A stretch of 64,000 nucleotides of DNA from Candidatus Sericytochromatia bacterium. Its GTDB lineage: Bacteria > Cyanobacteriota > Sericytochromatia > S15B-MN24 > JAQBPE01. The stretch's first letter is position 1. Each line of letters begins with the position of its first letter. Where the stretch lies: assembly GCA_035285125.1 (NCBI GenBank), contig JAYKHR010000026.1, positions 32,001-96,000 on the forward strand, in the 5' to 3' direction. The translations under genes were made by a program, and so were the position numbers. Shown here in pieces: positions 24,178-35,647 of the stretch. A model generated the notes under the pieces. That model was not told the origin of the DNA. It was given only the letters and a program-made list of their open reading frames with translations, and did no database searches.

Positions 24178-24888
24178 TCAGGCGAGCAGGCGCCGGGCGG
24201 TGTCGATGCGGGTGGTGTAGTCGGCGGCGAAAAGCTCGTCGGGCTCGACGCGATGGGGACGAATCTCGACAACCGGTTCGAGGCAGCGGATCACGGTGCG
24301 GGTGACGGGGTGGTGAGACCACTGAAACAGTGCCTCTGGGCGCATGCGCGCAGCCTGACTCCAGTAGCGCTGCGCCGCGCGGTAGTAGTCGAGGCCGTCT
24401 GCGTCTTCGAGGGCGGCGCAACAGTGGCCCGCAAGTTCGAAGGCGATGCCCAGGCAAGCCATCTCTCCGTTATCTACCCGGTCGAGCCCCCGGATACTCC
24501 GGATGGCCTCCTCCACGAACAGCAGCGCCCGGCGCACCGCCGCCCGGCTCGTGCGGTGCCTGCCCGAGCGGTGGTAGAGCGCCCCCGCACGCAGGAGGTC
24601 GAAGATGACCTGGTGGAAGGTGCCAAAGCCTGGGAAGTGGTAGTCGAGCAGTTCGTCGCCCGTGAGGTCCAGGCCGAGCTTGTGCTGAGCGAGGATTTCC
24701 AGACAGCGCGCCGCGGCGTAATGCTGGCCAAGGTCGACGAGGTGGGTCACCAGGAGGGTCACTTCGGTCTCGGAGCGTCCCACCGCCGCCAGAATCGCCT
24801 CGCCCAGGTCCTTCGGGCTCGTGACATCGACTGGGCGACCGTCCACACCAGGCACCCAAAGCTGAAAGGAGTCATCGCGGCCAGTCAT
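24178..24888 (-). CDS. Hypothetical alpha-helical protein
   Basis: AGGAG upstream of ATG 24888; co-oriented and tightly spaced with its neighbours. Confidence 0.7.
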   Translation of the reverse strand: MTGRDDSFQLWVPGVDGRPVDVTSPKDLGEAILAAVGRSETEVTLLVTHLVDLGQHYAAARCLEILAQHKLGLDLTGDELLDYHFPGFGTFHQVIFDLLRAGALYHRSGRHRTSRAAVRRALLFVEEAIRSIRGLDRVDNGEMACLGIAFELAGHCCAALEDADGLDYYRAAQRYWSQAARMRPEALFQWSHHPVTRTVIRCLEPVVEIRPHRVEPDELFAADYTTRIDTARRLLA

Positions 24889-24964
24889 GCCATCACGTCT
24901 CCTGGCCCACGCCAATCGCGCGTATCCTGGCGCACGATGCGCCTGCATACCTCATACCCATCGC

Positions 24965-25561
24965 TCACACCTTCCCTGACAGCCGGAAAACCTTGTCGAC
25001 ATAAGAGCCCTGCTCACCCGTCAGCGGCCGCCCTGCCTTTACCTGCCGGGTGACGGTGCCGACGCCTGCCAGGTAGGATGCCAGGGTCAGCTCCCACCGC
25101 TGGGGGTGGGCCTGCCACACCCTGGCGAGCCAGGCCACATACCGCGCGGTGCCGGCGATGTTCTGCTCGGGGTCGAAGGGGTCCGACACCCCCATGTCCC
25201 GTGCCGTCGCCGGCATCAGCTGGCCCAACCCCTGCGCACCCACGGGAGACACGGCGCGGGGGTTGAAGCTGGACTCCGTGGCGATGAGGGAGGCCACCAG
25301 GTGCACCGGCAGCCCCTGCGTCCTCGCGTGTCGTGTGATGGCTTCGGCTTGCTGCCGCGCGTCGCCAGGCGCGAGGAAGGGGTTGGTGGCGAGGATGAAG
25401 GCGACCAGCCTGTCCTCGGAGATGGTGCCCCGGTCGGGCAGGAACGCCGTCGAGCGGGGCGAGGCGGCCGGCTCGTCCGCGTACCTCGCGACGCGGCCCA
25501 GGCAGCCGCTGGTGCTGAAGGCGAAGAGGGAGACGAGGAGCAGGGCGTGGACGCGCGACAT
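24965..25561 (-). CDS. Lytic transglycosylase (SLT domain) lipoprotein
   Basis: IATESSFNPRAVSPVGAQGLGQLMP, FDPEQNI, ASY; lipobox-like TSG-C. Confidence 0.92.
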   Translation of the reverse strand: MSRVHALLLVSLFAFSTSGCLGRVARYADEPAASPRSTAFLPDRGTISEDRLVAFILATNPFLAPGDARQQAEAITRHARTQGLPVHLVASLIATESSFNPRAVSPVGAQGLGQLMPATARDMGVSDPFDPEQNIAGTARYVAWLARVWQAHPQRWELTLASYLAGVGTVTRQVKAGRPLTGEQGSYVDKVFRLSGKV

Positions 25562-25608
25562 GTCGGGTATAGCCTACGATGGAGCCCCTCTCCGGGCCGT
25601 GCCAGCAG

Positions 25609-26961
25609 TCACGCCCCCGTCTCGCCCGAGGCCATCCCATGCTCGACCGCATCCGCAGCTTCGTGCTCGACCACCCCGGCGCCACCAACTTTGCCGTGGC
25701 GGCCGAATTCGGCCTCACCAGGGCGATGGCCGACCGGTACCTGGAGTGGCTCGAGGACGCTGGCGTCGTTCACCTCGACAGGCCGGCGGAGGTCTGCACC
25801 GGCTGCGGGCCGCGGCCGAGCGCTGGGGGGGCGGGGGCTTGCGCCACCACGGGGGCGGCTGCCCGGCTCAACGCCCGGGCCGACGCCCTCCGGGCGGGGC
25901 GGGGCTCCGCTGGTCAGCCAGCGGTATAGCCACTGCTCCGGGTCAGGCGCCAGTGCCACCTGCTCCCGGAAGAACCTGACGGTCGCAGGAAGCTGCCCCC
26001 CCAGGCGGGCGTGGGCCGCCTCGAAGCGGTCGAGCCGCTGGTGGTAGGTGCGGTATGCCGCGACGGTCGCGTTGTTGAAACGGCCCTGGCCGAAGTGCCT
26101 GTACTGGTGGCTCCTCAGCTTCGGGCGGTAGCTGGCCTCGAACTCCGCGCGGGCAGCCTCGAAAACCTGCTCGCGTGCTTGTTGGACCTCCGTCGGCACC
26201 CTTCCGGAGGCGTAGAGGGCCTCCAGGCGCTGCGCCAGGACCTCGATGAAGCCCGTGAACAGCCTGGCGTCATGGCGCACAGCCCGGGCCACGGCGAGAT
26301 CCGGATCCCCCTCGCCCCCCCGCGCCCGGAAGAACGCCTGGGCTCCCTCCTCGCCCACGAAGGTGGCGAAGCCCTCGTTGAAGCTCGCCTGACCAGGCAG
26401 GAAGAGGGTGGCGTGGGTGGTCTCGTGGATGACGACGTTTACCAGGTTCGCTGGCTCCATCGCGACGAAGGGCGAGTAGATGGGGTCCGGCGCCCACCCC
26501 AGCAGGCTGAAGGCCGCCACCCCGCGCACGGTGGTGTCGAGGCCCTGGGCCTCCAGGGCTGCCTGCTCGGCCAGCGCGTCGGCGCGGGCGAAGTAGCCCT
26601 TGTAGGGAACGTGGCCGACAATGGGAAACCACCACTGGTGGGGCGCCAGGCTGTCCGGGGGGGCTGCGCTCACGACGTAGGAGACGGCGTCGCGATCCAG
26701 CGTCACGAGGTGCTCGTAGTTGCGCGTCCGGGCCAGGCCGACGGCGTCCTCGGCAAAGGCCTTGGCCGCCCGCACGAGCTGCAGGGCGCGGCGGGTTTGG
26801 GCAGAGGTCTCCGGGCGCGCGAGCACCGCCTCGACGGGCTCGCGCCGACGCAGGAGCTCCATCTGGCCCAGCCCTTGCTGCACCACATAGCACCCCCCGA
26901 GGGCCAAGGGGGCAAGCAGGATGAGCGCGGCGTGGCGCAGCGGGCGGAGCGGCTCGGCCAT
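25609..26961 (-). CDS. Predicted zinc aminopeptidase lipoprotein (DUF2265-like)
   Basis: Lipobox [25 protein letters not shown] (HExxH), FNEGFATF; the last ~100 aa are low-complexity. Confidence 0.85.
   Translation of the reverse strand: MAEPLRPLRHAALILLAPLALGGCYVVQQGLGQMELLRRREPVEAVLARPETSAQTRRALQLVRAAKAFAEDAVGLARTRNYEHLVTLDRDAVSYVVSAAPPDSLAPHQWWFPIVGHVPYKGYFARADALAEQAALEAQGLDTTVRGVAAFSLLGWAPDPIYSPFVAMEPANLVNVVIHETTHATLFLPGQASFNEGFATFVGEEGAQAFFRARGGEGDPDLAVARAVRHDARLFTGFIEVLAQRLEALYASGRVPTEVQQAREQVFEAARAEFEASYRPKLRSHQYRHFGQGRFNNATVAAYRTYHQRLDRFEAAHARLGGQLPATVRFFREQVALAPDPEQWLYRWLTSGAPPRPEGVGPGVEPGSRPRGGASPRPPSARPRPAAGADLRRPVEVNDASVLEPLQVPVGHRPGEAEFGRHGKVGGAGVVEHEAADAVEHGMASGETGA
25639..25929 (+). 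CDS. FeoC-like winged-helix protein with Cys cluster
   Basis: MLDRIRSFV...VAAEFG...[11 protein letters not shown] followed by CTGC...C; overlaps the 3' extension of the opposite-strand gene. Confidence 0.6.
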   Translation: MLDRIRSFVLDHPGATNFAVAAEFGLTRAMADRYLEWLEDAGVVHLDRPAEVCTGCGPRPSAGGAGACATTGAAARLNARADALRAGRGSAGQPAV

Positions 26962-27044
26962 GGGCGTCGGTCCGGACGTGGGGCAGCGGTCCGCATGGTA
27001 GCATGGTCCTCCTTGCGCCCCGCCGGCCGTCTTCGGAGGTACCT

Positions 27045-28361
27045 ATGGCAGCCTCGTCCGAGGTCACTCTCGCCACCATCAGCTCCCTCTCAGCCCACGT
27101 CGGGCAGGAGGTTGAGCTGCGAGGTTGGCTCTACAACAAGCGTTCCAGCGGTAAGATCCAGTTTCTCATTCTCCGGGACGGCACCGGGACGGTGCAGGCC
27201 GTCGTTGTGAAAAAGGACGTGACCGAAGCCGTCTGGGACGCCGCCAGCGCGCTGACGCAGGAGAGCTCGTTCCGGCTGAGGGGGCTCGTCCGCGCCGATG
27301 ACCGGGCCCCGGGTGGCTTCGAACTGACGGCGACTGGCGTGGTGCCCGTCCACGTGGTGGAGGGCGAGTACCCCATCTCCCACAAGGAGCATGGCGTGGA
27401 CTTCCTGATGAGCCACCGCCACCTGTGGCTGCGGACCCCCCGGCAGGCCGCCATCTTGCGCATCCGGCACACCATCATCCAGGCGATGCGGGGGTACCTG
27501 GACAGCCAGGGCTTCACGCTCGTGGACTCCCCGATCCTCACGCCCGCGGCCTGCGAGGGCACCTCCACGCTGTTCGAGACGGACTACTTCGGGGACCCCG
27601 CGTTCCTCTCGCAGAGCGGCCAGCTTTACAACGAGGCGCACGCGATGGCCCTGGGCAAGGTCTACTGCTTCGGCCCGACCTTCCGGGCCGAGAAGTCCAA
27701 GACCCGCCGGCACCTGATGGAGTTCTGGATGCTGGAGCCCGAGATGGCTTACGTCGACCTCTGGGGCAACCTCGAGGTCCAGGAGCAGCTCGTGTCGCAC
27801 GTCGTGCAGACGGTGCTCGCACGCCACCGCCAGGAGCTTGTCGAGCTCCTCGGCCGGGACGTCACGGCCCTCGAGAAGGTGCAGGCGCCCTTTCCGCGCA
27901 TCACCTACGACGAGGCCCTGCGCATCCTGGCCGAGAAGGGCCAGCAGGTGGCCTGGGGTGACGATTTCGGCGCCCCAGACGAGACGGCGCTCGCGGACCA
28001 CTTCGAGCGGCCCGTCTTCGTGACGCACTACCCGGCGGCGTGCAAGGCCTTCTATATGAAGCCCGATCCCGCCCGGGAGGAAGTCGTGCTGTGCGCCGAC
28101 CTGCTGGCACCGGAAGGCTACGGCGAGATCATCGGGGGCTCGCAGCGCATCGACGACTACGACCAGCTGGTGCAGAAAATGGCGGAGCACGACGTCCCCA
28201 CGGGGCCGCTGGAGTGGTACCTGGACCTGCGGCGCTACGGCTCCGTCCCCCACAGCGGCTTCGGGATCGGCCTGGAACGCACCGTGGCCTGGATCTGCGG
28301 CCTCGACCACGTGCGAGAGACCATCCCCTTCGCGCGCATGCTGACCCGCATCTACCCGTGA
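27045..28361 (+). CDS. asnS: Asparagine--tRNA ligase
   Basis: [44 protein letters not shown]. Confidence 0.97.
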   Translation: MAASSEVTLATISSLSAHVGQEVELRGWLYNKRSSGKIQFLILRDGTGTVQAVVVKKDVTEAVWDAASALTQESSFRLRGLVRADDRAPGGFELTATGVVPVHVVEGEYPISHKEHGVDFLMSHRHLWLRTPRQAAILRIRHTIIQAMRGYLDSQGFTLVDSPILTPAACEGTSTLFETDYFGDPAFLSQSGQLYNEAHAMALGKVYCFGPTFRAEKSKTRRHLMEFWMLEPEMAYVDLWGNLEVQEQLVSHVVQTVLARHRQELVELLGRDVTALEKVQAPFPRITYDEALRILAEKGQQVAWGDDFGAPDETALADHFERPVFVTHYPAACKAFYMKPDPAREEVVLCADLLAPEGYGEIIGGSQRIDDYDQLVQKMAEHDVPTGPLEWYLDLRRYGSVPHSGFGIGLERTVAWICGLDHVRETIPFARMLTRIYP

Positions 28362-28566
28362 CCTTCGGAGGTGGCGTGCGTCACATCGACCAGCGCGGCC
28401 AGGCCACTATGATGAGGGCCCCCGGGCCTTCCGGGGGTTATGATGTGGGCGGGGCGCCCTGCGTGGGCGGCAAACCCCGTCCCACCTGGGTATAACGCCC
28501 CTGACATCCCTCGCATGCGAGGGTGGGTGTGCCGGACGGTGGGTTGTCTACCACCTTCCGCGGAGG

Positions 28567-29862
28567 ATGCCTGTCTTGGCCTGGAACAAGCTCATTGCGG
28601 GGTGTGTGCTGGGGGTCCTGGGGGCCCTGTGGGGGGCGGCAGCCCCGGCCGCTGTGGCCTACCCTGCCCCGCCAGGAATCAAGGCCGCCGCCGCCATCGT
28701 CATCGATGCGGACTCCGGCCAGGTGCTCTTCGAGCGGAACGCGCACCAGCGGCGCGCCCCGGCCAGCACCACCAAGATCATGACCAGCCTGCTGGCCGTC
28801 GAGAGCGGCCGGCTCGACGAGTACGTGACCATCAGCAAGCGGGCCGCCTCGATTGGGGAGTCGACCATCTACCTCAAGGAGGGCGAGCGCCTGAAGCTGC
28901 GCGAGCTGGTCTATGGCGTGCTGCTGAGCTCCGGCAATGACGCCAGCACGGCCGTCGCAGAGTTCCTCGGCGGCACGGAGGCCGACTTCGTCGACCTCAT
29001 GAACCGTCGGGCGCTGGCGCTCGGGCTGCGCGACACCCACTTCAACAACCCGCATGGGCTGCCCTCCGAGGGGCACTTCTCGTCCGCCCACGACCTCGCG
29101 ATGATGCTTCGGGAGGCGTCGCAGTACCACGAGTGGAACGACATCGCCCAGACCAAGGTCAAGCGGATCCCGGGCTTTGGCAAGCCGGACGGCCGCGTGC
29201 TCCGCAACCACAACAAGCTGCTGTGGAACTATGCCTTCGCCACTGGCGGCAAGACGGGCTACACCGTCGCCGCCGGGCGGTGCTTCGTGGGGAGTGCGCG
29301 GCGGGGTGGCCGCCACGTCATCCAGTCGACGATGGCCTCCAAGGACCTCTGGGCTGATTCCCAGGGCCTGTTGTCCTACGGCCTTGAGCGGTTCGAGAAC
29401 GTGGCGGTGGCCCGCAAGGGCGAGATCGTCGGGACTGTGCCGATCCAGGCGGGGCACACCCGCATGGTGGAGGTCATCGCGCCCCGAGACGTCACCGTGA
29501 GCCTGCCCTTGGGGCAAGCCGACCGGGTGGCGCTCCAGCAGGTGTGGCAGCTCCCCGACGAGCTCGTCGCGCCTGTGAACCAGAACCAGCCGGTGGGCCA
29601 GCTCATCGTCCGGCAGGGGGAGCGCGTGCTTCAGACCGTGCCGCTCGTGGCTGCCGCGACCGTCCCCGTGGCCGCGACGCCCTGGGGCACCCTGACCTCC
29701 TGGGTCTTTCCCGGCATGGTGACGGCCTCGCTGCTCTCCCTCGTGCGACTCAAGGCCTGGCGCCGCCGCCGCACGCGCCGTGTGCCGCCGCCCTTCGTCC
29801 CCCAGGGCTCGGCGCAGAAGCGCAACCCGGTCAAGCGGCGCAGGTTCCCTTACGCGTCGTGA
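28567..29862 (+). CDS. D-alanyl-D-alanine carboxypeptidase (peptidase S11)
   Basis: ASTTK (SxxK), SGN, KTG, PBP5 C-domain, C-terminal anchor. Confidence 0.95.
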   Translation: MPVLAWNKLIAGCVLGVLGALWGAAAPAAVAYPAPPGIKAAAAIVIDADSGQVLFERNAHQRRAPASTTKIMTSLLAVESGRLDEYVTISKRAASIGESTIYLKEGERLKLRELVYGVLLSSGNDASTAVAEFLGGTEADFVDLMNRRALALGLRDTHFNNPHGLPSEGHFSSAHDLAMMLREASQYHEWNDIAQTKVKRIPGFGKPDGRVLRNHNKLLWNYAFATGGKTGYTVAAGRCFVGSARRGGRHVIQSTMASKDLWADSQGLLSYGLERFENVAVARKGEIVGTVPIQAGHTRMVEVIAPRDVTVSLPLGQADRVALQQVWQLPDELVAPVNQNQPVGQLIVRQGERVLQTVPLVAAATVPVAATPWGTLTSWVFPGMVTASLLSLVRLKAWRRRRTRRVPPPFVPQGSAQKRNPVKRRRFPYAS

Positions 29863-29868
29863 ACACCC

Positions 29869-29900
29869 AGAGGCGGCCCCGGCAGGGGCCGCCTCTTTCC
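29869..29900. terminator. Hairpin between convergent genes
   Basis: agaggcggcccc-ggca-ggggccgcctct, perfect 12-bp stem followed by ttcc. Confidence 0.75.
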
Positions 29901-29901
29901 T

Positions 29902-31107
29902 TCAGAACCGTTCCGGCATCCACGGCTGGGGGCCGCTGAAGGCCGCCCCGAGCTTGGCGAGGTCCGCGTCCGAGCCTTCGACGAGCCCCAACCCCTTGAG
30001 GGCCTGAGGCGTGACGTGGCCGGTGAAGAGCGCCGCAAGCCCCCGCACGTCCAGCATGATCCGGGCCTCCCCACCGACACGGACGGCAGAGCGACCCGCC
30101 TCGACCGTGAGGACGAACGGGCGCTCATTCTCCTTGATGAGGCCGTCGCGGATGCCCAGGTGGAGTTCGACGCCGACCCCGGCCGCGTAGCCTCGCTGCT
30201 CGAGGGCCGCCTGGACGTCGACGATCCGCAGCATCCAGGGGTGGTTGGCGCACGTCGGGGCCAGGGGGGCGTCTCGTCCGAGCAGCAGCGGGTCCGTGGG
30301 GCCTCCATACAGCTCGGCGGCGTCCGCCATCGAGCGGTGGTCCGCGAGGAAGCATAGGATCCGGCGTCGGGCGGCAGGGGTCGTCGCCACCCAGTCGTGC
30401 AGCTTGAGCCGGTAGCGGCGGGCCCCGACCTCAGGTTGGCTGTAGATAAGGTAGCCCTCCGGGCTCGTCTCTCGCTCCAGCAGGTAGGCATAGACCCGGT
30501 TGCCAGCACCCTGCTCGGGGGCCTCCCGGAAGATGCGGGACCAGTACCAGTCCGAACGCTCCAGCCAGCCGTTGGCGAACTGGGCCTGGGCCTCGTACAG
30601 GTTGCGCATGGCCGCCATGCCAGAGGCGCTGCCAAGATCGAAGGGCTTCAGCGTGAGGGTGCGGTCGGCCTGCACCGGGGCGTCGAGCGGCAGCTGCCAG
30701 AGGTGGCTGTCGCCCGCGACCTCGTAGCCCGACTTCCGGTAGAGGCCGCGCATCTCCGGATAGAGCGTGGAGAGCACCCAGCCGCGCTCGCGATGCTCAC
30801 GCACGCACGCCTCCATCAGGGTGGAGGCCGCCCCTTGCCCGCGCATGTCCGGGGCGATCGCCACGATCCGCACGCCCGCCATGCTGATGGCGCGGCCCCC
30901 GAAGTACTGCCGGCACGGCTGCAGGGAGAGCCCCCCGATCACGCGGGCGGCGCGGCGCAGCAGCCGGAGGTTGGCCATTCCCTCCTCGGCAGCGGGGTTG
31001 AGCAACGGGTCCGTCGGCCAGGCATACGACTGGGACAGGATCCGGTGGAAATCCCCCACCTCGCGTTCGTTGAGAGGCTTGCCGTAGATGAAGGTGGTGC
31101 CGCTCAT
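29902..31107 (-). CDS. Eis-family GNAT acetyltransferase with SCP2 domain
   Basis: VAIAPDMRGQGAAS, LYP...LYRKSGY, WMLRIVDVQAALEQRGY. Confidence 0.88.
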   Translation of the reverse strand: MSGTTFIYGKPLNEREVGDFHRILSQSYAWPTDPLLNPAAEEGMANLRLLRRAARVIGGLSLQPCRQYFGGRAISMAGVRIVAIAPDMRGQGAASTLMEACVREHRERGWVLSTLYPEMRGLYRKSGYEVAGDSHLWQLPLDAPVQADRTLTLKPFDLGSASGMAAMRNLYEAQAQFANGWLERSDWYWSRIFREAPEQGAGNRVYAYLLERETSPEGYLIYSQPEVGARRYRLKLHDWVATTPAARRRILCFLADHRSMADAAELYGGPTDPLLLGRDAPLAPTCANHPWMLRIVDVQAALEQRGYAAGVGVELHLGIRDGLIKENERPFVLTVEAGRSAVRVGGEARIMLDVRGLAALFTGHVTPQALKGLGLVEGSDADLAKLGAAFSGPQPWMPERF

Positions 31108-31727
31108 AAGGCCCTCAGAACCGCTCGGGCAGGGGCTCCATCCGGCGCGTCCAGCTTGAGGGGCAGGCAGACGAGCTCGTAGGGCCCGGCCACGATGCCT
31201 GCGAGGTCCAGTCCCTCCAGGATGAGGCAGTCGGCGCCCAGCAGCGCGTGGTGCACCGGGAAGATGCCGCTGTCGTCTCGTTCGATCGAGGCGGCGTCGA
31301 TGCCGACCAGCCGGACCCCGCGCTCCAGCAGCCAGGCTGCCGCCTCGAGGGTCAGGGCGGGGGCCTCGCCAGCCCCCTGCGAGGCTCGCGTCTTGAGCAG
31401 CACCCGGTCGCAGCCCGAGCCCTGCGGCCACTGGCGCGCCAGTGACGCCGGCTCGATGTCGGGGTGGTCGTCCAGCGGGATCACCCATGCGACCCCACTC
31501 CAGCGCCTCAGCGGGATCTCGCCCAGTGTGGCGCCACCGCGCACGAAGTGGGCCGGCGCGTCCACGTGCGTGGCGCTGTGGCTGCCGAGCTCGATCCGGG
31601 TCACATGACACGGCCCCGTGTCGAGCGTCATGTGGGGCGTGACGCGGACGGGGGGATCGCCCGGCCACACGGGGGTGTCCGGCCCGAGCGTCCTGGAGAT
31701 GTCGAGCCAGCCGCCCTCAGCCAACAT
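31104..31727 (-). CDS. Cyclase family metal-dependent hydrolase (kynurenine formamidase-like)
   Basis: WPGDPP, HSATHVDAPAHF, VGID, ILEGL, DGAPARA. Confidence 0.9.
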   Translation of the reverse strand: MLAEGGWLDISRTLGPDTPVWPGDPPVRVTPHMTLDTGPCHVTRIELGSHSATHVDAPAHFVRGGATLGEIPLRRWSGVAWVIPLDDHPDIEPASLARQWPQGSGCDRVLLKTRASQGAGEAPALTLEAAAWLLERGVRLVGIDAASIERDDSGIFPVHHALLGADCLILEGLDLAGIVAGPYELVCLPLKLDAPDGAPARAVLRAL

Positions 31728-32658
31728 GCGCGGTCTCGTCGTCTGGCCCGCCTCCGGTCGGTTCCGGGGGCGCGTCGGCTGCCTCGGGCTCAGGCACAGC
31801 CAGGGCCCCCTCCGGGCCACGGGCTGGGGCCTGCCGCGCCGGCGGCACGTCGAGCGACACGGCGCCCAAGGTGCCACCGCGTAGCTCCTGAAGGAACATC
31901 CTGGCCGCCCTGGCCTCGTCGAGCAGCCCACCGGCCCCCAGGATGCCGCGCGCCCGCGCAAACCCCTCGACGGTAGGGCTCTCCCAGCCGGCCAGGGTGC
32001 CCGGCGACACCTCTTGCAGCAGGGCGATGGCGGCTGGCGCCACGAGCACGGGCTCGTAGGCCTCCGTGCTCACCGCTCCCGTCATGGCGAGCCTCAACGC
32101 CAGGGCCTGGTCCTCGAGCTTCGGGGGAATGATGCCAGGCGTGTCCAGCAGCTCCAGCGCGGCCCCGAGGCGGATCCAGCGGATGTTACGCGTCACGCCG
32201 GGCTTGTCCCCGACCTGCGCGGCGCGCTTGCGGGCGAGCCTGTTGATGAGCGACGACTTGCCCACGTTGGGCAGGCCCACCACCATCACGCGGCTGGCTC
32301 GCGGGAGCCTGCCACGCGCCTTCATCTTGGCCGTGACGCGCTCGGCCGCCTCGGCCATCAGCTTGTGGAGGCCAGGTAGGCCCTGGCCGGACTGGGCGTT
32401 GAGCACCACACACGCCACGCCGTCACCCTTGTAGGCCCGCAACCAGGCCTGCGTCCGCGCCGGGTCGGCGAGGTCGGCCTTGGTGAAGACCAGGATGCGC
32501 GGGCGATCGCCAAGCAGCTCGCGCGTGACGTCGAACCTGGAGCTGGCCGGCACGCGCGCGTCCACAAGCTCCAGGACAAAGTCCGTCAGCTTGAGCTTCT
32601 CACGCAGCTCGCGCTGCGCCTTGGCGATGTGGCCGGGGTACCAGTTGATCAGGGACAT
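31717..32658 (-). CDS. rbgA: Ribosome biogenesis GTPase RbgA/YlqF
   Basis: INWYPGH, DARVP, TKAD, GLPNVGKSS, DTPG (circularly permuted GTPase). Confidence 0.95.
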   Translation of the reverse strand: MSLINWYPGHIAKAQRELREKLKLTDFVLELVDARVPASSRFDVTRELLGDRPRILVFTKADLADPARTQAWLRAYKGDGVACVVLNAQSGQGLPGLHKLMAEAAERVTAKMKARGRLPRASRVMVVGLPNVGKSSLINRLARKRAAQVGDKPGVTRNIRWIRLGAALELLDTPGIIPPKLEDQALALRLAMTGAVSTEAYEPVLVAPAAIALLQEVSPGTLAGWESPTVEGFARARGILGAGGLLDEARAARMFLQELRGGTLGAVSLDVPPARQAPARGPEGALAVPEPEAADAPPEPTGGGPDDETAHVG

Positions 32659-32718
32659 CTGGCCCCCATTATGGCACGTTGCTGGCGGGGTGGCACCCGC
32701 CAGCAACCGGCCTCCCCG

Positions 32719-35346
32719 TCAGGCCGGCTGGGGGACCTCCAACGGGTGGGGGGCTGGCGTTCGCTGGAAGGCCAGGGCCTCGTCGGCCCGGTCGGCTACC
32801 ACGTGATCCCCCGTGCCGAACCGGCCCTCCAGGAGGGCCCGGGCGAGCGGGTTGAGCACATGGGCCTGCAGCGCTCGCTTCAAGGGCCGGGCCCCGTAGA
32901 TGGGGTCGTAGCCGACCTCGCCCAGCCAGTCCCGCGCCGCGTCCGTCAGCTCCAGCGTGACGCGCCGCTCCGTGAGCCGCTTGCTGAGCAGCGCGAGCTG
33001 CAGGTCCACGATGCGTCGGAGGTGCTCGCGGCCGAGGCCGTGGAAGACCACGACGTCATCGATGCGGTTGAGGAACTCGGGCCGGAAGTGATCCTGCAGG
33101 GCGTCCAGCGCGATCTCGCGCACCTGCTCCGCGTCCCCGCTGGCCCCCTGGATGCGTGCGGCCCCGAGGTTGCTGGTCATGATCACCACGGTGTTGCGGA
33201 AGTCCACCGTGCGGCCGTGGCTGTCCGTCAGGCGGCCGTCGTCGAGCAACTGCAGCAGGATGTTGAACACGTCCGGGTGCGCCTTCTCGATTTCATCGAG
33301 CAGGATCACACTGTAGGGCCTCCGTCGGACGGCCTCCGTGAGTTGGCCGCCCTCGTCGAATCCCACGTAGCCCGGAGGCGCCCCGACGAGCCGGCTCACG
33401 GCGTGCTTTTCCATGTACTCGGACATGTCGAGGCGGATCAGCGCCTGCTCGCTGTCGAACATGAAGGTGGCAAGCGCCTTGGCTAGCTCCGTCTTGCCCA
33501 CGCCCGTCGGCCCGAGGAAGATGAAGCTGCCGATGGGCCGGTCGGGGTCCTGGATGCCGGCCCGCGACCGTCTCACGGCGTCGGAGATGGCGGCGATCGC
33601 CTCAGCCTGTCCCACGACGCGCTCGCCGAGCCGCGCCTCCATCCGCAGCAGCTTGTCGACCTCGCCCTCCAGCATCCGCGTCACCGGGATGCCCGTCCAC
33701 TTGGACACGATGGCAGCGACGTCCTCGTCGTCGACCTCCTGCTTCAGCAGCTTGCCGTGCTTGTGCAACTCGGCGAGCCGGGCCGTTTGCTCGTCGAGCT
33801 CCCGCTGCAGCGCGGGCAGGGAGCCGTACCTGAGCTCGGCGGCCCGGGCGAGGTCTGCGTCTCGCTCCGCGCGTGCCGCCTGGATCTTGGTGTCCTCGAT
33901 GCGCTGCTTGGCGGTGGAGAGGGCGGTGATGACTTCCTTCTCGGCTTCCCAGCGGCTGCGCAGCGCATCGCGCTGCCGCCCGAGCCCGGAGGCCTCCTGC
34001 TCGATCGCTGCAAGGCGGTCGCGCGCGCCCGTGTCCTCGGGGTCCTTGCCAACGGCCTGGCGCTCGATCTCCAGCTGCCGCAACCGGCGCTCGAGCTCGT
34101 CGAGCTCGGTCGGGAGGGAGTCGATCTCGATGCGCAGCCGGCTAGCGGCCTCGTCGACGAGGTCGATGGCCTTGTCCGGCAGGAAGCGGTCCGCAATGTA
34201 CCGGTGGCTGAGCACGGCGGCCGCCACGAGGGCCGCGTCGAGGATCTTCACGCCGTGATGGACCTCGTACCGCTCCTTCAGGCCTCGGAGGATCGAGATG
34301 GTGTCGGCCACGTTGGGCTCGCCGACCATCACGGGCTGGAACCTGCGCTCGAGCGCCGCGTCCTTCTCGATGTGCAGGCGGTACTCTTCCAGCGTGGTTG
34401 CGCCGACGGCGCGCAGCTCGCCGCGCGCCAGGGCCGGCTTCAGCAGGTTCGCAGCGTCCATGGCCCCTTCGGTCTTGCCTGCGCCCACCAGCGTGTGCAG
34501 CTCATCGATGAACAGCACGACCTGCCCCTCGGCCTCGGTGATCTCCTTCAACACAGCCTTGAGGCGGTCCTCGAACTCCCCGCGGTACTTGGCGCCCGCA
34601 ATCAGGGCGCCCATGTCCAGCGCGATGACGAGCTTGTCCTTGAGCCCCTCGGGCACGTCCCCCGAAACGATACGCTGGGCGAGGCCCTCCGCGATGGCGG
34701 TCTTGCCCACGCCTGGCTCCCCGATCAGCACGGGGTTGTTCTTGGTGCGGCGGGACAGGACCTGGATGACCCGGCGAATCTCCTGGTCGCGCCCGATCAC
34801 CGGGTCGAGCTTGCCGAGGCGAGCCGCCGCCGTGAGATCCCGGCCATAGCGGCTGAGGGCCTGATACCTGTCCTCCGGGTGCTGGTCCGTCACCCGGTGC
34901 GTGCCGCGCACGGCGGCGAGCGCTCGGAGCAGCCGCTCTCGGGTCGCGCCCTCCCGCCGCAGGCGCTCCGACGCGCGAGACTTGCCACCTTCCGCGGCCA
35001 ATGCGAGCAGGAGGTGCTCGGTTGAGACAAAGTCGTCCTTGAGGGCCTCACGCTCGCGCCAGGCCTCGTCGAGCACGGCCTTGAGAGCGGGAGAGACATA
35101 GGCCTGCCCCATGGCCCCGCTCACGCGCGGTAGCCGCCCAAGGTCCTCCGTGGCGCCTTGCTGCAGCGCGTCGGGGGAGACGTCCACCTTCTGGAGGATG
35201 GGGCGCACGATGCCCTCGAGTTGGGCCAGCAGGGCCAGCAGCAGGTGCTCGGGCTCCAGGGCCTGCTGGTCGTGGCGATCGGCCAGCTCCTGCGTCGCCT
35301 GGATGGCTTCCTGGGCTTTGAGCGTGAACTTGTCGAGCCTCATCAC
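32719..35346 (-). CDS. clpB: ATP-dependent disaggregase ClpB
   Basis: Two AAA+ modules ([16 protein letters not shown]) with a long coiled-coil M domain, AAELRYG. Confidence 0.98.
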   Translation of the reverse strand: MMRLDKFTLKAQEAIQATQELADRHDQQALEPEHLLLALLAQLEGIVRPILQKVDVSPDALQQGATEDLGRLPRVSGAMGQAYVSPALKAVLDEAWREREALKDDFVSTEHLLLALAAEGGKSRASERLRREGATRERLLRALAAVRGTHRVTDQHPEDRYQALSRYGRDLTAAARLGKLDPVIGRDQEIRRVIQVLSRRTKNNPVLIGEPGVGKTAIAEGLAQRIVSGDVPEGLKDKLVIALDMGALIAGAKYRGEFEDRLKAVLKEITEAEGQVVLFIDELHTLVGAGKTEGAMDAANLLKPALARGELRAVGATTLEEYRLHIEKDAALERRFQPVMVGEPNVADTISILRGLKERYEVHHGVKILDAALVAAAVLSHRYIADRFLPDKAIDLVDEAASRLRIEIDSLPTELDELERRLRQLEIERQAVGKDPEDTGARDRLAAIEQEASGLGRQRDALRSRWEAEKEVITALSTAKQRIEDTKIQAARAERDADLARAAELRYGSLPALQRELDEQTARLAELHKHGKLLKQEVDDEDVAAIVSKWTGIPVTRMLEGEVDKLLRMEARLGERVVGQAEAIAAISDAVRRSRAGIQDPDRPIGSFIFLGPTGVGKTELAKALATFMFDSEQALIRLDMSEYMEKHAVSRLVGAPPGYVGFDEGGQLTEAVRRRPYSVILLDEIEKAHPDVFNILLQLLDDGRLTDSHGRTVDFRNTVVIMTSNLGAARIQGASGDAEQVREIALDALQDHFRPEFLNRIDDVVVFHGLGREHLRRIVDLQLALLSKRLTERRVTLELTDAARDWLGEVGYDPIYGARPLKRALQAHVLNPLARALLEGRFGTGDHVVADRADEALAFQRTPAPHPLEVPQPA

Positions 35347-35376
35347 GGGGTCCTCACGGTTCAGGGAGCAAGGGCC

Positions 35377-35406
35377 AGCTTATTGCTTTAGTCTTGGCGT
35401 GTCAAG
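35377..35406 (-). promoter_or_regulatory. clpB sigma70-type promoter overlapped by a HAIR-like (HspR) inverted repeat
   Basis: Minus strand TTGACA-17 nt-TAAGCT; CTTGACA-N7-ACTAAAG versus HAIR consensus CTTGAGT-N7-ACTCAAG. Confidence 0.65.
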
Positions 35407-35647
35407 TCATGTGCATTCAGTGATGCGTGGAGAGTTGCGGCTGAACGAGCTGGCCCTGTCTGGAAGGGCTTGTGGGGAAGCGTCGCGCGCCACCTCCGCC
35501 GGCTGGGCTGTCGGGCCTGGGCCCGACGCGCGTTGAGCTCTTAACCATTAGTTGTTGTAATCTTAACGTCATCACGGCCGGCCCGGGGCGGATAAGAACC
35601 GTGAGGCCACGGCATTGTCGTGTGCCCCCCAGGAGGATCCCACGACC

